A stretch of 55,808 nt of DNA, taken from positions 465,597 through 521,404 of the forward strand of contig JBJCIZ010000282.1 in the NCBI GenBank assembly GCA_051294375.1. The letters run 5' to 3'. Each line of letters opens with the position of its first letter. Positions within the stretch are counted from its first letter, which is position 1. The notes beneath the pieces were generated by a model, which was not told the DNA's origin, did not search any database, and saw nothing but the letters and a program-made list of their open reading frames with translations. A program made the translations under genes and the position numbers. Positions 34,201 to 46,350 of the stretch are shown here, in pieces. Origin of the DNA: Paraspadella gotoi (taxonomy: Eukaryota; Animalia; Chaetognatha).

Positions 34201-35722
34201 CCTTCTCTCTCTCTTTTCTCTTTTAATTTTATGTAGCTTTCTCTCACTCTTCAATAGATAAAAACGTTAAATACACCAAAAACGACTTTTTCTCTGTGAA
34301 AAGATAATGAAAACTTAATTACATACAAAAACTACGAACATTTTGATTTCCCAATGTAAAAAGCAAATTAAAAACTTTAAAAAAAAAAACTGGGACAAAA
34401 CGATTTTTCCAAATGTTGAAAAAATACGTTAAATACCGATGAGGAATACGACTTTATCTAAGTAAACAGTAATAAAAACGTTACATACAGCGGCAGACGA
34501 CCATTTCCACAAAGATTAAACAACTTTAAAAACAAAGAAAACGCTTTTTCCAATGTAAAAAGAGATAAAAATCGTTAAAAACGAATTTCAACGACTTTTC
34601 AAAGAAAAAAGAAATAAAAACTATACTTGCAAAAACATCACAAGGTGTTTTACAAATTCGAGGACAGTTTTAATTCTTTATAAACTACAAATCTATTAGC
34701 TCTTTTCTTATTAGTAGCTTTCTCACCTTAATAAAAACATAAATACAAAAAACGACTTTTCCTTTGTAAAAAGAGAATTGAAAACTTTAAAAAAACAGGA
34801 AAAACGATCCTTTTTTTTCCAATGTTAAAAGAGCTAAATACGTTAAAAAAACACCAGAAACGACTTTTCCAATGTAAAAAAAGATGAAAACAGTAAAAAA
34901 CGAACCAAAACGCTTTTCCATTGTAAAAAAGGATTAAAAAAGTTGAAAACACCAGAAGACAAACAAAGCTTCTTTCAATAAGGAGATAAAAAACTTTAAA
35001 ACAAAGAAAACGCTTTTTTCCAATGTAAAAAAAGAGATAACGTAGAAAAACACCGGAAAACGATAAGGGTTCAAAGAAAAAAAGAAATAAAAACCTTAAA
35101 ATTCTGCAAATAACCACACGAGGTTGTAAAATTGGTGAGGAACAGTTATTAAATATCTTTTTTTATACGTTTGATCAAAACAAATAAATTTTCTTCTATT
35201 TTATTTTTATGTCTCCTTCTCTCTCTCTTTTCTTTTTTTAATTTTTATGTAGCTTTCTCTCACTTCAATAGTAAAAACGGGGTTAAATTACACAGGTGAC
35301 AGCAGAAAGACGGGGGACGATTTTTACGTCGTCTAAGGACAAAGACTCGGACCAAGTGGTCAGAAAGAGGTTTAAAAATAGCAGATACGATCTTTTCCAA
35401 ATGTAAAAAGCAATTAAAAAACACGTATAAACGATTCGTTCTAATGTAAAAAGTGTGATAAAAAAACGGCTTAAATTACATCCGGCAGACGACGGATTTC
35501 AAGCACGGATTAAAAAACTTTAAAACAAAGACACAGAGAAGAACGATTCTTTTCCAATGTAAAAGAGAGTATAAACGTGGAAAAACACTAGCCCAAAAAA
35601 CTTCTTTTTCCATTATAAAAAGAAATAAAAAGTTTATAAAAAACTGGGGCACAACGATTTTTCCAATTGTAAAAGAGATAAAAAAAAACCGTGGACTACG
35701 ACTTTTCTTAATGTTAAAAAGG
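31230..35722. repeat. Noisy ~45-bp satellite (AAAACGTTAAAAACACC...AAACGACTTTTCCAATGTAAAAAGAGAT) with higher-order units
   Basis: Recurring motif. The spacer marker GAGGACAGTT/GAGGACAATT recurs at ~31868, 32948, 34134, 34659 and 35137. Confidence 0.75.
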
Positions 35723-35831
35723 ANNNNNNNNNNNNNNNNNNNNNNNNNGGGAAGGAGTTATAAATTAACGAGTGTCTTTTGTTTTCTCTAATCTGTTTTG
35801 TATCAAGATTTAAATGGAATCCAATCAGGCG

Positions 35832-35903
35832 ACTTGGTTGGCCTCAGTGGCAAGGTCGAGGCTTACCAACCTCAGGTCCCAGGATCTAATCCTGGAGCGG
35901 ATG
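35832..35903 (+). other. tRNA-derived segment with Pol III A/B-box-like motifs near the element end
   Basis: A box TGGCCTCAGTGG (35839-35850), arm GAGG-CTTACCAA-CCTC, T-arm CCAGG-ATCTAAT-CCTGG with a B-box-like GGATCTAATCC. Not a complete tRNA. Confidence 0.5.
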
Positions 35904-36306
35904 ATTAATTTCATAATCAAATTTAATTGACCTGTTGTAGCCACATAGCAGGTCCCTGCAAGCTTTCAATCAAGACTCTCTTACAGTCCCGTTTATTTAC
36001 TCCCAGAGTACCTGGCATATTTTACAATCGCATTTTTCACTCTGTGAGAATATTGGAATTTAAAGAAACAAGCGTGAAGAGGAGGAGGCGACGGGCAGAT
36101 CTTGAGTGGAAACATTCCTTTCAGGAAATAAAAGGCTTTTCAAGATCTTTCTTCCCGCCTTCGCTCCGCTCAGCGCAACGCTGAGGACCAACAAGACAAC
36201 GCGGCGGGCCTCCAGATCCCTCGAGGCTCTGGACGAGGGATACAATCGAGATCAGTCTCACCAGTCTTTGCCGACGCAGCCTCTTCCTTCGACTTCCAAC
36301 GAATCA

Positions 36307-37389
36307 ATGGCGCCAAATTCAAGGACGCCAACGTGAGCTGCAAGACGAAAACGCCGAGGTCCGCGCCGCCCTCGCCGTGGTTACACGAGCCCTCGAACGA
36401 GCATCAAATCGAAAACCTGACTTACTGGATTTTGACTCATCCAATATCGAAATATGGATCAAGAGTAAGGCGTAGTAAAATTCCTAAGTTTAACTTTAAT
36501 TAAAATTCTAAAAGTGAGGAACGAACAACATTATACTTATGAACATTTATGTATAAAAAAAATTTATAATAAATTTTACAATTTACGCAGTAGGCCATAT
36601 TTATACTAGTACTAAACCAATAAATGTTAAAATTTCAAAACAGTTTTTTCAAAAATTTTTTTGCAGATTTGGATTCGTCATAAAAAGTTGATAAAAAGAA
36701 ATATAACTCTTTTTGAAAAATTCCTTCATTAAGTGGGTCAAAAATTAGAAAAAGCTATATTTTAAACTGAAATTTAACTTTTTATATATTAAATATAGTT
36801 TTTTTAATTTTTAACCTACTTAATGAAAGAATTTTTAAAAATGAATTATATTTTCTTTTATCAACTTTTGACGAGGAATTCAAATCTGCAATCAAAATTA
36901 AAAAAAGCCTATTTTGAAATTTTTCGATTTTATAAGGATAGTACTATATATAAATATAGCCTACTGCGAAAATTAAAAAACATAAAATTAATTTTTTTTA
37001 CAAATTAATGTTCACTGATAGTATGTTGTTCATAATTGACTTTTAGAATTTTTGTATGTAACTTTCACTACGCCTTAATCAAGAGGGTCGAGGCGGCTTA
37101 CACCCGCGCGGGTATAACCGCCCCTAAAGCCAAGTTTGGAATCCAAAATCGAAGTCAAAGTGGATCCAAAGATTAACCAGTTCCTCTATGGAGAAACGAC
37201 GGAGGATACGTGGACCAGTTTCATCACTTACCTCCAAAAAGAGTATGGACTCACTCGGCGGCAATAAGCCGCCAACTTATTGAAACCTTTCGACACTGAC
37301 GGTTTGAAACCCTCAAAAATCCTGGCTCAATTGGAAGATAAAACGCGGAACCTTACCCTCGACGACCTCCTCAAAGAAAAGATCCTCAG
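36307..37389 (+). pseudogene. gag: Ty3/gypsy-type gag remnant (DUF7041-like), split by a hAT MITE and cut by a family B LTR
   Basis: RKPDLLDFDSSNIEIWIK|RVEAAYTRAGITAPKAKF is in frame after MITE removal. It continues ESKIEVKVDPKINQFLYG...WTSFITYLQKEYG...GLKPSKILAQL, with a frameshift and a stop. Confidence 0.7.
36466..37077. mobile_element. hAT-type MITE (612 bp)
   Basis: TIRs TAAGGCGTAGT / ACTACGCCTTA. 8-bp TSD ATCAAGAG at 36458-36465 and 37078-37085. Confidence 0.92.
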
Positions 37390-37977
37390 TGTAGAGAAGC
37401 TTGGCTCTCTACGCCTCTTGAGGTGAGAATGGTCAACTTGGTCGCAACTTATCTGACGAAAAGTTTCCCAAAACATTTTATGAACTGAAGCTCGAAAAGT
37501 CGGAAAAGAATAATGCATGAATAAAACGTAAATGAATGTAAAAAAAATGTAGACAAAATCCGTAGAGAATATCGAGATCAAATCGAGAAGAATCAATAAA
37601 TCGAGTAAAGGAATCAAATAAATCGTAGAAGAATCTCCAGTAAAAACATAGTAGAAACTTTGTAAGAAAGTAGTTGACTGTCTAGACAGTGATCCAGTGA
37701 ATCTGTATTTGGTCTTGTCTGAGCTCGTCCAAGTAAAGTTTGGAGAGAGAGAGAGAGAAAGAGAGAGAGGAAGAGAAAGAGTTGAGAAAGAGTCAGGTAG
37801 TCCCTGTCCGGTCGATCGGTCGATCGGTCAATCGGTCGAATGGGTCAGATCTGGCCATCTCCGTCGGTCTCGGCCTTTTCTCTTCACCCCCGCCTCGGCT
37901 CTAGGGCTCCTAAGACCTAAGCAGACCGTCTAAATGGCCGCGCAGGACCGACGGTATCATACAAATCTAACCTATCA
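37390..37977 (-). mobile_element. 3' LTR of LTR retrotransposon family B, insertion 1
   Basis: Plus-strand ends TGTAGAG...CCTATCA. Minus-strand PPT GAAGAAGAATAGGGGGT abuts it at 37978-37994. The left flank is the gag remnant. Confidence 0.8.
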
Positions 37978-38876
37978 ACCCCCTATTCTTCTTCTTGTTT
38001 TGGAGATGGAGTTTCCGATGATCTTCATCTTGTTTGGGTTCGTTCGATGATGTCCTGGTTCCTGAAGAGCTGTTTGAGGGGTTGAGGAGAAATATTCATA
38101 CACTCTTTCATTCGTTCATCGATTCATTCGTTCATCGATTCATTCGTTCATGTGTTCGTTCATTCATTCATTCATTTGTTCGTTCATTTTGGGTTATCTG
38201 AGATGAGTTAAGAAAGCCGGCCAAATATTGTACAATTGTTTTTGATTTTCTTTGTTTCATTTCCAGTTTGAATATTATATTGGGTCGATTTATTTTTGTG
38301 TTTTGGGTTTTCTAGGTATTGTTTTTATAGTTTGTTTCTTCTTGGTTGTTCTTGTTCAGTCTGTTGGTTTTATTGTTTTTCTATTTGTTTCTTGTTTTGT
38401 TTATGTCTCATTGTTTCTTAATTTGTTAGTTTTTTTTTTATAGTTGTGTCATATTTATTTTATTATTGTCCAATGTTCCTTTTCATACTACTTTATGCAA
38501 ATAACATCGTTTCATTCGGTCTATAGTATATCATTTTTTATCGATTTCTTTTTTGTTTCACATTCATACTCATTCACGTTCATTGGCGGGATTGCGGGTT
38601 TATGAGGGTGGAGGATAAAAAAAATTACAAAATTATTATACGTATTCTTAATTTCAATTATAGTTTATAAGTTTATATTAAAAAATTAATTTCAGTTCTA
38701 ATTTCTATACGAATCCTTCATCATAGGGAAGGTAGAACAGGCTTTTTCTCTCTCGAGATCACTGAAATGTACCTTGGGGATTCTAGCAGGGTTATAATCT
38801 TTTGCGTGTGTTGCGCATCTTTTCCCAACAAGTCCGCCAGCTTGTCGGTCACCCGCTTAGGTCATTCATCACGCTC

Positions 38877-40737
38877 TCACTCCTTCAGAAAGGACGTCTC
38901 CTCTTCTGAATCAAGATTCACTTCCAAGGTTTCCTCTCCTGGCTGAGGACCGAGCATTTCGTCTTTGATTGTCTGATAGTTGTCGTCATTTTCGTCGCCT
39001 GTAGGGTTGTCGATCCGGACATTCCAGTTTGTTTTGTTCTTGTTCTTGTTCTTTTTCGTGTTCATTTTCGTGTTTGTTTTCGTTTTCTTCTTGTTCTATT
39101 GTTTCTTCACTTGGATCCTCGCCGCGGATGGTTACCGTCTCACGCATTGTCTCAACATTCTCCCGGATGTCCAGACTTCTGAAGACAGGTTCTTCCGGCG
39201 CTGCGCTTCCAAATTTAAACACTTTATTGTTTTCTTTCACTTCATTCTGTATCTTTGTGATTTCTTTAATGCCTAGTCTTTCGAAAACTGAGATTTGCTT
39301 TTTATTTTGATCTTCGTTGGCCATTAAGATTCTGTCGACTTCTCCTGGATGGAGTCGTTGTCTTGTTCCTACAATTATCTGCGCTCGCGCCGTCCGTTCC
39401 ATTTGCTCTCTGGATTTCGGTCCGCCATGCCCACATCCATTTTGGTTTCCGCGTGGTGGTGTGTCGAACATGGATGGGAAGTCTTTCGTCCGGTTAATGA
39501 AGATCGTGCCTCCCCTAGAGCTGGCATTGCCGCGCCCTTGGGTGGCCCACATTTTGCTGGCTCCTCTTTCCACGCTGGCATGGCCGCGCGAGGAAGGGAT
39601 GGCTTGCACATTCATTCTTACATTCTTCGCACGCGAGAATTGGCTGGTTGCCGCCGACTTTCCCTTAACGCGAAGTTCGGGTTGGTTGATGGTTTCCGGC
39701 GCCGTATTTCTCTGGCTGGTTGCCGCCGGCTTTTCCATTACCCTAAGGTCAGGTCAGCCGGCGGTTTCCTACGCCACATTCCTCTGGCTGGTTGCCGTCG
39801 GCTTTCCCATTACCCTAAGGTCGGGTTGGCCGGCGGTTTCCGACGCCACACTCCTCCGGCTGGTTGCCGTTGACTTTCCCAATACCCTAAGGTTGGGTTG
39901 GCCGGCGGGTTCCGACGCCAGAGATCCGTCCCTGGTTTTCCATTTCTGTCGTCTGTCCAATCTTCTTATATTTTTTGGTAGGGTCGTTGGCAAAGGAAGT
40001 TTGGTGGTCGACATGGTGTTGATTGTCGGTGGACGGTTTGATGGACATGTTGGTGGTGTTGTCGGTCTCATCAATGCTGTTGTAGCCGCTGTCGCTCTCT
40101 CCGCTGCTGATCGTAGTTCTCTGTGTGCTGCTGTTAATGCGCAGAGTTCCTTCAAGGCTTCTTTTAGATTCGTTCTTTCATTTCTCATAAAATCATTGAC
40201 AACCAGGTCCGGATTCGATGGTAGGGCAGAGTTCCTTCCTTTGAAGCGAAACATGTCGCATCCTAGTTGGGCGAATCTGTAGCGGCCTCCATGCTTCTGC
40301 CACCAGCGATGGAGGAGCTCGCCAGGCTTCGCTGGAGCATCGAGCACGACTATGTCTATCATGTTGATGCACAGTTCTTTCAGTAGCTCGTCAAGTCCTT
40401 CCGTCGATTCGTTTTGAAGAAGGCCGTACATTGGTCGATTCGATGCAAAGGACGCTTTTGAAATGCAAATTCGATGTCGCCATTAAAAATAATTGAATGG
40501 CGACGGTCCGATTACCGCCGACCATTCCGGTGCCGCCTCTGATGTCAATTTCGCGACGAATCCCGATGTACGAATCAGCGTGATTGATTTTTTTGCTCTC
40601 CATTTTCTTCTTTCAGTCGTAAGAGTGAAAATTCGTGGTTATCTGGTATTTCCTGTATAGAGAATGTAGCATTCTGTAGATCCAATAGGCATTTGACATT
40701 CGATTCTTTTATCACACAATTATAAATAATTGTTTCA
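38877..40737 (-). pseudogene. Family B accessory ORF, copy 1 (frameshifts, one in-frame stop, 5' end interrupted by R1)
   Basis: ORF pieces 39769-40431, 38986-39738 and 38877-39065 align to 46351-48228. Confidence 0.8.
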
Positions 40738-40809
40738 TTAGGACTAAGATCTGACAAAAAAAGCCAGATGTTTTTTTAATGTATTCTTATACTGGCCAAT
40801 GTAGAATGA
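40738..40809 (+). mobile_element. R1 terminus inserted at the start of the family B ORF
   Basis: TTAGGACTAAGATCTGACAAAAAAAGCCAG matches 14914 onward and runs into an N gap. Confidence 0.65.
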
Positions 40810-43629
40810 NNNNNNNNNNNNNNNNNNNNNNNNNNNNNNNNNNNNNNNNNNNNNNNNNNNNNNNNNNNNNNNNNNNNNNNNNNNNNNNNNNNNNNNNNNN
40901 NNNNNNNNNGTGAATAGTGTGCAAATTTTATATTTTACTAGAGCTGTGAACTATATAAAAAAAAAATTCAACGTCCCCCGGCGAATCAGCCGTGGGCTAA
41001 GAGCGTAAAAATTAGAAAAATTTTCCATAACGAATTTTATGGGCGCCCCATCTTCTCTTATTCAACTGCCTAACTAAACATGTATCTCCGGTGAATGCCC
41101 GATTGTCATTTTGTTTCCGTCTCTCCGCCCCGCCCAACGAGTGGTTTTACGAGAAAACGAACGAGCAAAATATTGAACCCAAAACGGATTTTGAACAAAC
41201 CGGACGGCGCTGAACAAACGATTAAAAGGCTTAAAACTGAAGGTTAAGAAAACTATAATAGCCTATTATACTATTGTAAAAAATGGCTATCTCGGTATGC
41301 TCCCGAAATTCCTTGAAACATTGGGAAAATCAATTTTGTCCCCCTAAGCTACCGAGCAAGTTTAATATCTGTTTTCGTCTGAGCGAAAAAGGGAAAAATC
41401 AACGAGGTCCAGTAGACATTGGAATGATATACGACAAATCTTGCAGCGCCATCTGTGTCGAAATAAAAAAAAAGAAACGTCGGCGGATACGCTGCTTTTG
41501 CGAATAGTAAAAAACAAAACAATCTGAAAAAAATAACCTCAAAAAAGCAAAAAGCGCAACAAAAAACCAAAAAAAAACACAAAAAAAAAAAAAAAAAAAA
41601 GAAAACGCCTAAAATGTTCAAATCTAAAAAGTAACAGAATCCGACGAAAAAGAAAAAAAACAAAAAGAAAGAAAAAGGAGCCCAGCTCGTTCCAGAGGGG
41701 GGAAACTTAGATTCCAGGTAGGTGGTGAACGGTGAGGGGCTTGCTGAGGCTGTGACGTGGCGGTCAGACACCGATGAAGAGGTCGACTTTCATGGTCGCT
41801 CCTTTGTCTTTCTCCACATGAGAAGAAGTCGTCACCAGAGACCCATGTCCGAAAGGGGCTTGGCGCCTGCGATGACTTCGGCACTTTGCTATCCGACTCT
41901 GGCGGTGAGGTGCGGTGGTAATGAGATGGAGGGTGGGTGATCGCAATGGCCAGAAATTTTCGACCAATCAGAAATAACGAGGATTTCAAAATTCTCGGGT
42001 CGAAACTCCACGTCTCCGGGTGTTGTGATGAGAAATTACATCATGTTGCCAATATAAGTACTTATCGCTGAGTTGTGAGTATCTGTCGAACTTCTGCACC
42101 ATCTTCACTCAGACTCTGAGACTTCTCGCGGAAAATTTTATTGTTACATAATAATACTCTGATGAACACAAGTATTTTTTCGTACAATTTCTCATTTGCG
42201 ATTCGTTGCCGTTAACATTCTTTGCCACAAAAACTTTTTTTTTTCAGGCGCCACATAAAAAAAAACTTTCTCGGATCTCTCCGTCTCCCTCTCTCTTCTC
42301 TCCAATCTTCGTCTCTCAATTTTTTCTCAGATTTCTACTCATCTCTCTGCGACGACATGCATCTGCAACGAGAGATAACTTTGCTTTCCCATTCAACAGC
42401 TGTTGATTCCGTCGGAGCATCACATTGACGATATTTCTTACTATTTCTCTATTCTTAAATGCGTGTTACTCTTGCCTCTCGTTAAATCTAATAAGGTTTT
42501 TTCCCGTATCGACGAGAGCATTGCACCCATGCGCTGCTTCAAAAACTCCGGCGTCTTCGCGGCGAGAGGGGTCTCTCTAGTCAATTTTGGAAACGTCGAC
42601 CGCCACATGCTCCCGCTCATGGTGAGGGTCATCGCCAATGAGCTCTATTCAATCTTGCCACAAAAAGATCGCTTGCCTCCTCGAAGAGGTTCTTTTCGGT
42701 TGTAAGCCTCGGTTTTGTTGTCTTGAAGGCGGAAAAAGCCGGCGCGTCGCCAAAAAGTTACTCAACCGGAAGTCGTTCGGCGATAATGGCTGCCATGGAA
42801 ATGGGCACCCGCCAATGTTGGGCGCTCTCCGGAAATATATCATATACGTTCCCCTGAGGTTTGGCTTCGTACGCAGAGCCTCTACCGCCAAAAATAAAAT
42901 AATTTCATTTTTGGCGTACTTCGCGAGGGGTGCTGTGGATTCAGCGACTCGCAACGGGCCTCTAGTATGCCAAAAAATCTGACTTTTGCGCGTTCAGATT
43001 TTTCTTCAAATTTTAAATAAAAAATATTCTCATATATAGCCGATTGAAAAAAAAATTAGTCTTTTGATTTATTTTTTTGTTTGTCATCGGCTTATTTTCT
43101 CAAAAATTTTCATTAAAAAAATAGACTAACTGTGTAATAGGCAACAAAATCTATGTTTACTTTCTAATTATTGTTTTTGATATTCACACATTTTTCGCAT
43201 ATGTAAAGATATAGTAATATATATATAGATATATATATACACAAAAGATTGTACTAATAAAGTCTTTTTTTCTGTTTTCTCTTCCTCAGATTATTCCCAT
43301 CTATGACTTCATCTTTTCCGACTGTCGGGGACGCTGGCGATGCGAACATCATGCCTCAATAGACTCGAGGGCTAAAAGTGGGACCGGGTCTGCGAGATTG
43401 AGTGGTTCAACGCGGCCACGTCTCTGGTGGCATTTGTCGTCTTCTGCCACCGCGTTTCCCCTTGGTCTTCTCTGCATCCAGACCCCACGCCGACTTTTTC
43501 TGGATGGGACGCCAGTTGAGATTCCATCATACACCGGATTGAACACGTCGACATGCAATTGCCATCTTTAGCATCCAGAAGTGGCAAAAAGCACGTCATT
43601 TCGCCTCAACAGCATCATCGCCACACGCC

Positions 43630-44169
43630 TTGCAGTGCGCACACATCTTAGGCAGCAACATCCATCAGTTGCTTATCACCAGCAGCAACACCATCAGCAG
43701 CAAGCATATGCTAGCACACATCAGCAGAGCAGCAGAACATCAGCAGAGCAGCAACAACCATTCAGCAGCAGCGCAGCAGCAACACCAGCAGCAGCAACAC
43801 GAGCAACACATCCACGCATTCCTTCACGCTGTCGGTCTCCTGCCAAATTGTGGGCCGAGCATCACGCAACTCAGGCCCTATCTATCCCCTCGCAGACTCT
43901 CTTCGCGACCGACAACAAACGGGACTCTCCAAGTTTCGCGCCCGCCGCAATTTCCTAGAAAGTTGAAACGTCCGAGTCTGTGGAGCTCTAACTCGGAACG
44001 GCCGTGCAATCCTGCAGTGTGGAATGAGTCAGACGCTGCCACAATGCCTGGTGCGGTTTTTAGGTGCCATTGGTGTCGGGATCAAGTCTTTTCTGTGGAC
44101 AAATGGAATCATCACAAAGCATCGCATCCCACGAGATTCGATGTAGTTTTGCAATTGCCAGAGGAATGA
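43630..44169 (+). pseudogene. GC-rich ORF fragment with a Gln/His-rich tract and one C2H2 zinc finger
   Basis: FRCHWCRDQVFSVDKWNHHKASH fits C-x2-C-x12-H-x3-H, with CAG-rich repeats upstream. Origin unresolved. Confidence 0.35.
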
Positions 44170-44925
44170 GGATGAGGCAGAAATATGGTTAGTGTGAAGC
44201 GTGAGTTAGCGGAATGTGGAGCCGGCGACCAGAGGAGGCAGTGGAGATCGCGTGGAAAGGGTCGAGGAGGAGGCCAAGGGATGATGGCAGATGCCATCGC
44301 GGCAAGAGCATTGGCAGATGGCAGCAGAGATGGCAGACACGGGAGCTTGGCGCGAAAAGGGCATAGCGGACGATGAGGATGCAGAGCAGAGATGGATGGT
44401 GAGGAGAGACGCGGAAGGTGCCAAACAACGTGAGCAGATGTCAGAGGCCAAAAGGGGAGTGGCGGAGCAGATGATTTGAGGCGACAGAGTGTCAGAGGCG
44501 ACGGAAGCAATGTCGAAGCGACGAGATGTCGAGAGCGGCGGAAGATGACTTTGGCCCATTGGTGGTCAAGAAATTTGCTCGCATCGCCGGTTTGCATGCG
44601 ATATATATTCACCGAGTGGGTCTTGCAAACGGTTGCGGAGGGGAGCGACATGAGCGCAAGCTCGATCAGAGAAGTGAAGCCTTGTACGGGCCGCTATTTG
44701 CCATTATGCGGTGAGCGAATTGCGGTCGGAGGCGTCGTGGTCTTTGAAAGGACCAATTCATCGAGAGGACAATGTCTGGGCGCCGTGGCCTACATCTCTG
44801 CGATGCTCGGGTTGAAAAAAAAGAGTTGACAAACTCGTGATTTAAGTTGTTCACGTGTTGGCCTTGTTGCTCGGCAAATGGAGGGCGGGTCCACGACGAA
44901 AGCGCCTACGACGCATGCAAGGCTT

Positions 44926-45498
44926 TGTAGAGAAGCTTGGCTCTCTAGCCTCTTGAGGGTGAGATGGTCCTCCACTTGGTCGAACTATCTGACAGAAAAG
45001 TATCCCAAAACGTTTCTGTAAACTGAAGCTCAAAAGCGAAAAAGAAGAAATGCTGAATAAAGTGAATAAAGTAATAAAATGTAGTCAAAATCCATAGCAG
45101 GAAAATCGGAATCAAATCGAGAGAATCAATAATACGTAGAGGAATCCAATAAAATCGTAGTAGAATCTTCAGGTAAAAACGTAGTAGAAAAACTTATGTA
45201 AGAAGTAGTTGACGGCCTCTAAAAATGTATCCATGTGAATCTAAATCTGTCTTGTTTGCGTCTCGCCAAGTAAAGTTTGGAGAGAGAGAGAGAGAGAGGA
45301 GAGAAAGAGTGAGGGAAAGAGTCACGGTCAGTCCCTGTCCGGTTCGATCGGTCAATCGGTCGAATGGTCAGATCTGGCCGTCTCCGTCGGTCTCGCCTTT
45401 CTCTTCACCCCCGCCCGGTTCTAGGGCTCCTAAGACCTAAGCAGACCGTCTATATGGCCGCGCAGGACCGACGGTATCATACGAATCTAGCACTAACA
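44926..45498 (-). mobile_element. 3' LTR of family B, insertion 2
   Basis: Homologous to 37390-37977, with a different left flank and an adjacent PPT. Confidence 0.8.
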
Positions 45499-46350
45499 CC
45501 CCTATTCATCTTCATATCTTCTTGTTTCGGAGATGAGTTCTGATGATCTTGTCTTGTTCCTTGTTCGATATCTTGGTTCCTGAATAGCTGTTTGGGGTTG
45601 AGCTATTCATAACATTCATTCATTCGTTCATGATTCATATTCTCGTTATTTGTCGTTAGTTCATTCGTTCATTCATTTCATTTAGGGTTATCTTGGTAAG
45701 ATAACCGGCCAAATTTTTTTTTGCGTTTATTGGTTATTCTTTTTCAAGTTTATTCGTGTTATCTTGTCTTATTATCTAGATATTCTTTGTCTTATGGCCT
45801 ATATGGTTATTTTCTTTTTTTACATTCTGTTTATTTTCTAGAGTTTGTATCTTGTTTCTATCTGTTATTTTCTTGTTTTCTTTGTCTCGTTGTTTCCTAA
45901 TTTTCGTCCTTTATAATGTCGTTGGATTGTATCTATTTTGTTATTGTCAGAAGTTATTCCTTTTCTTTATACTGCTTTATGTAATAATACATGTTCATCA
46001 GTCTATAGTGTATCATTTTTTCATGATTTCTTTTTTGTTTCATTCATGCTCATTCACGTTCATTGGCAGGATTGCGGGTTTATGAGGTAAAAAAAAATTT
46101 ACAAAATATTTATACAAATTTCTTAATTTCATTATAGTTTATAAGTTTATATTAAAAGTTAATTTCAGTTCTAATTTCTATACGAATCTCTTCATTAGGG
46201 AAGGTAGAACAGGCTTTTCTCTCTCGAAAGATCACTGAAACGTACCTTGGGGATTCCTAGCAGCGTTATAATCTTTTGCGTGCGTTGCGCATCTTTTCCG
46301 GGGCAAGTCCGCCAGCTTGTCGTCACCCGCTTAGATCATTCGTCATGCTT

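Larger units (their letters stand above)
27277..35945. mobile_element. LTR-type insertion (TGTGG...CCACA, 4-bp TSD TAGC) into an R3 unit; interior misassembled or noisy
   Basis: The R3 unit breaks at ...TATAGC|TGTGG (27277) and resumes at CCACA|TAGCAGGTCCCTGC (35946). Confidence 0.7.

Noticed and set aside
36073-36102. Third copy of the family A LTR start (CGTGAAGAGGAGGAGGCGACG)
   Set aside because: Similarity lasts only ~30 bp with no TSD. It may be a shared motif in another LTR, so it was not used as proof of the CG terminus.
39317-40282. Plus-strand ORFs (also 46934-47755 and 54242-55549)
   Set aside because: Antisense shadows of the family B ORF. The substitutions examined are synonymous in the minus frame.
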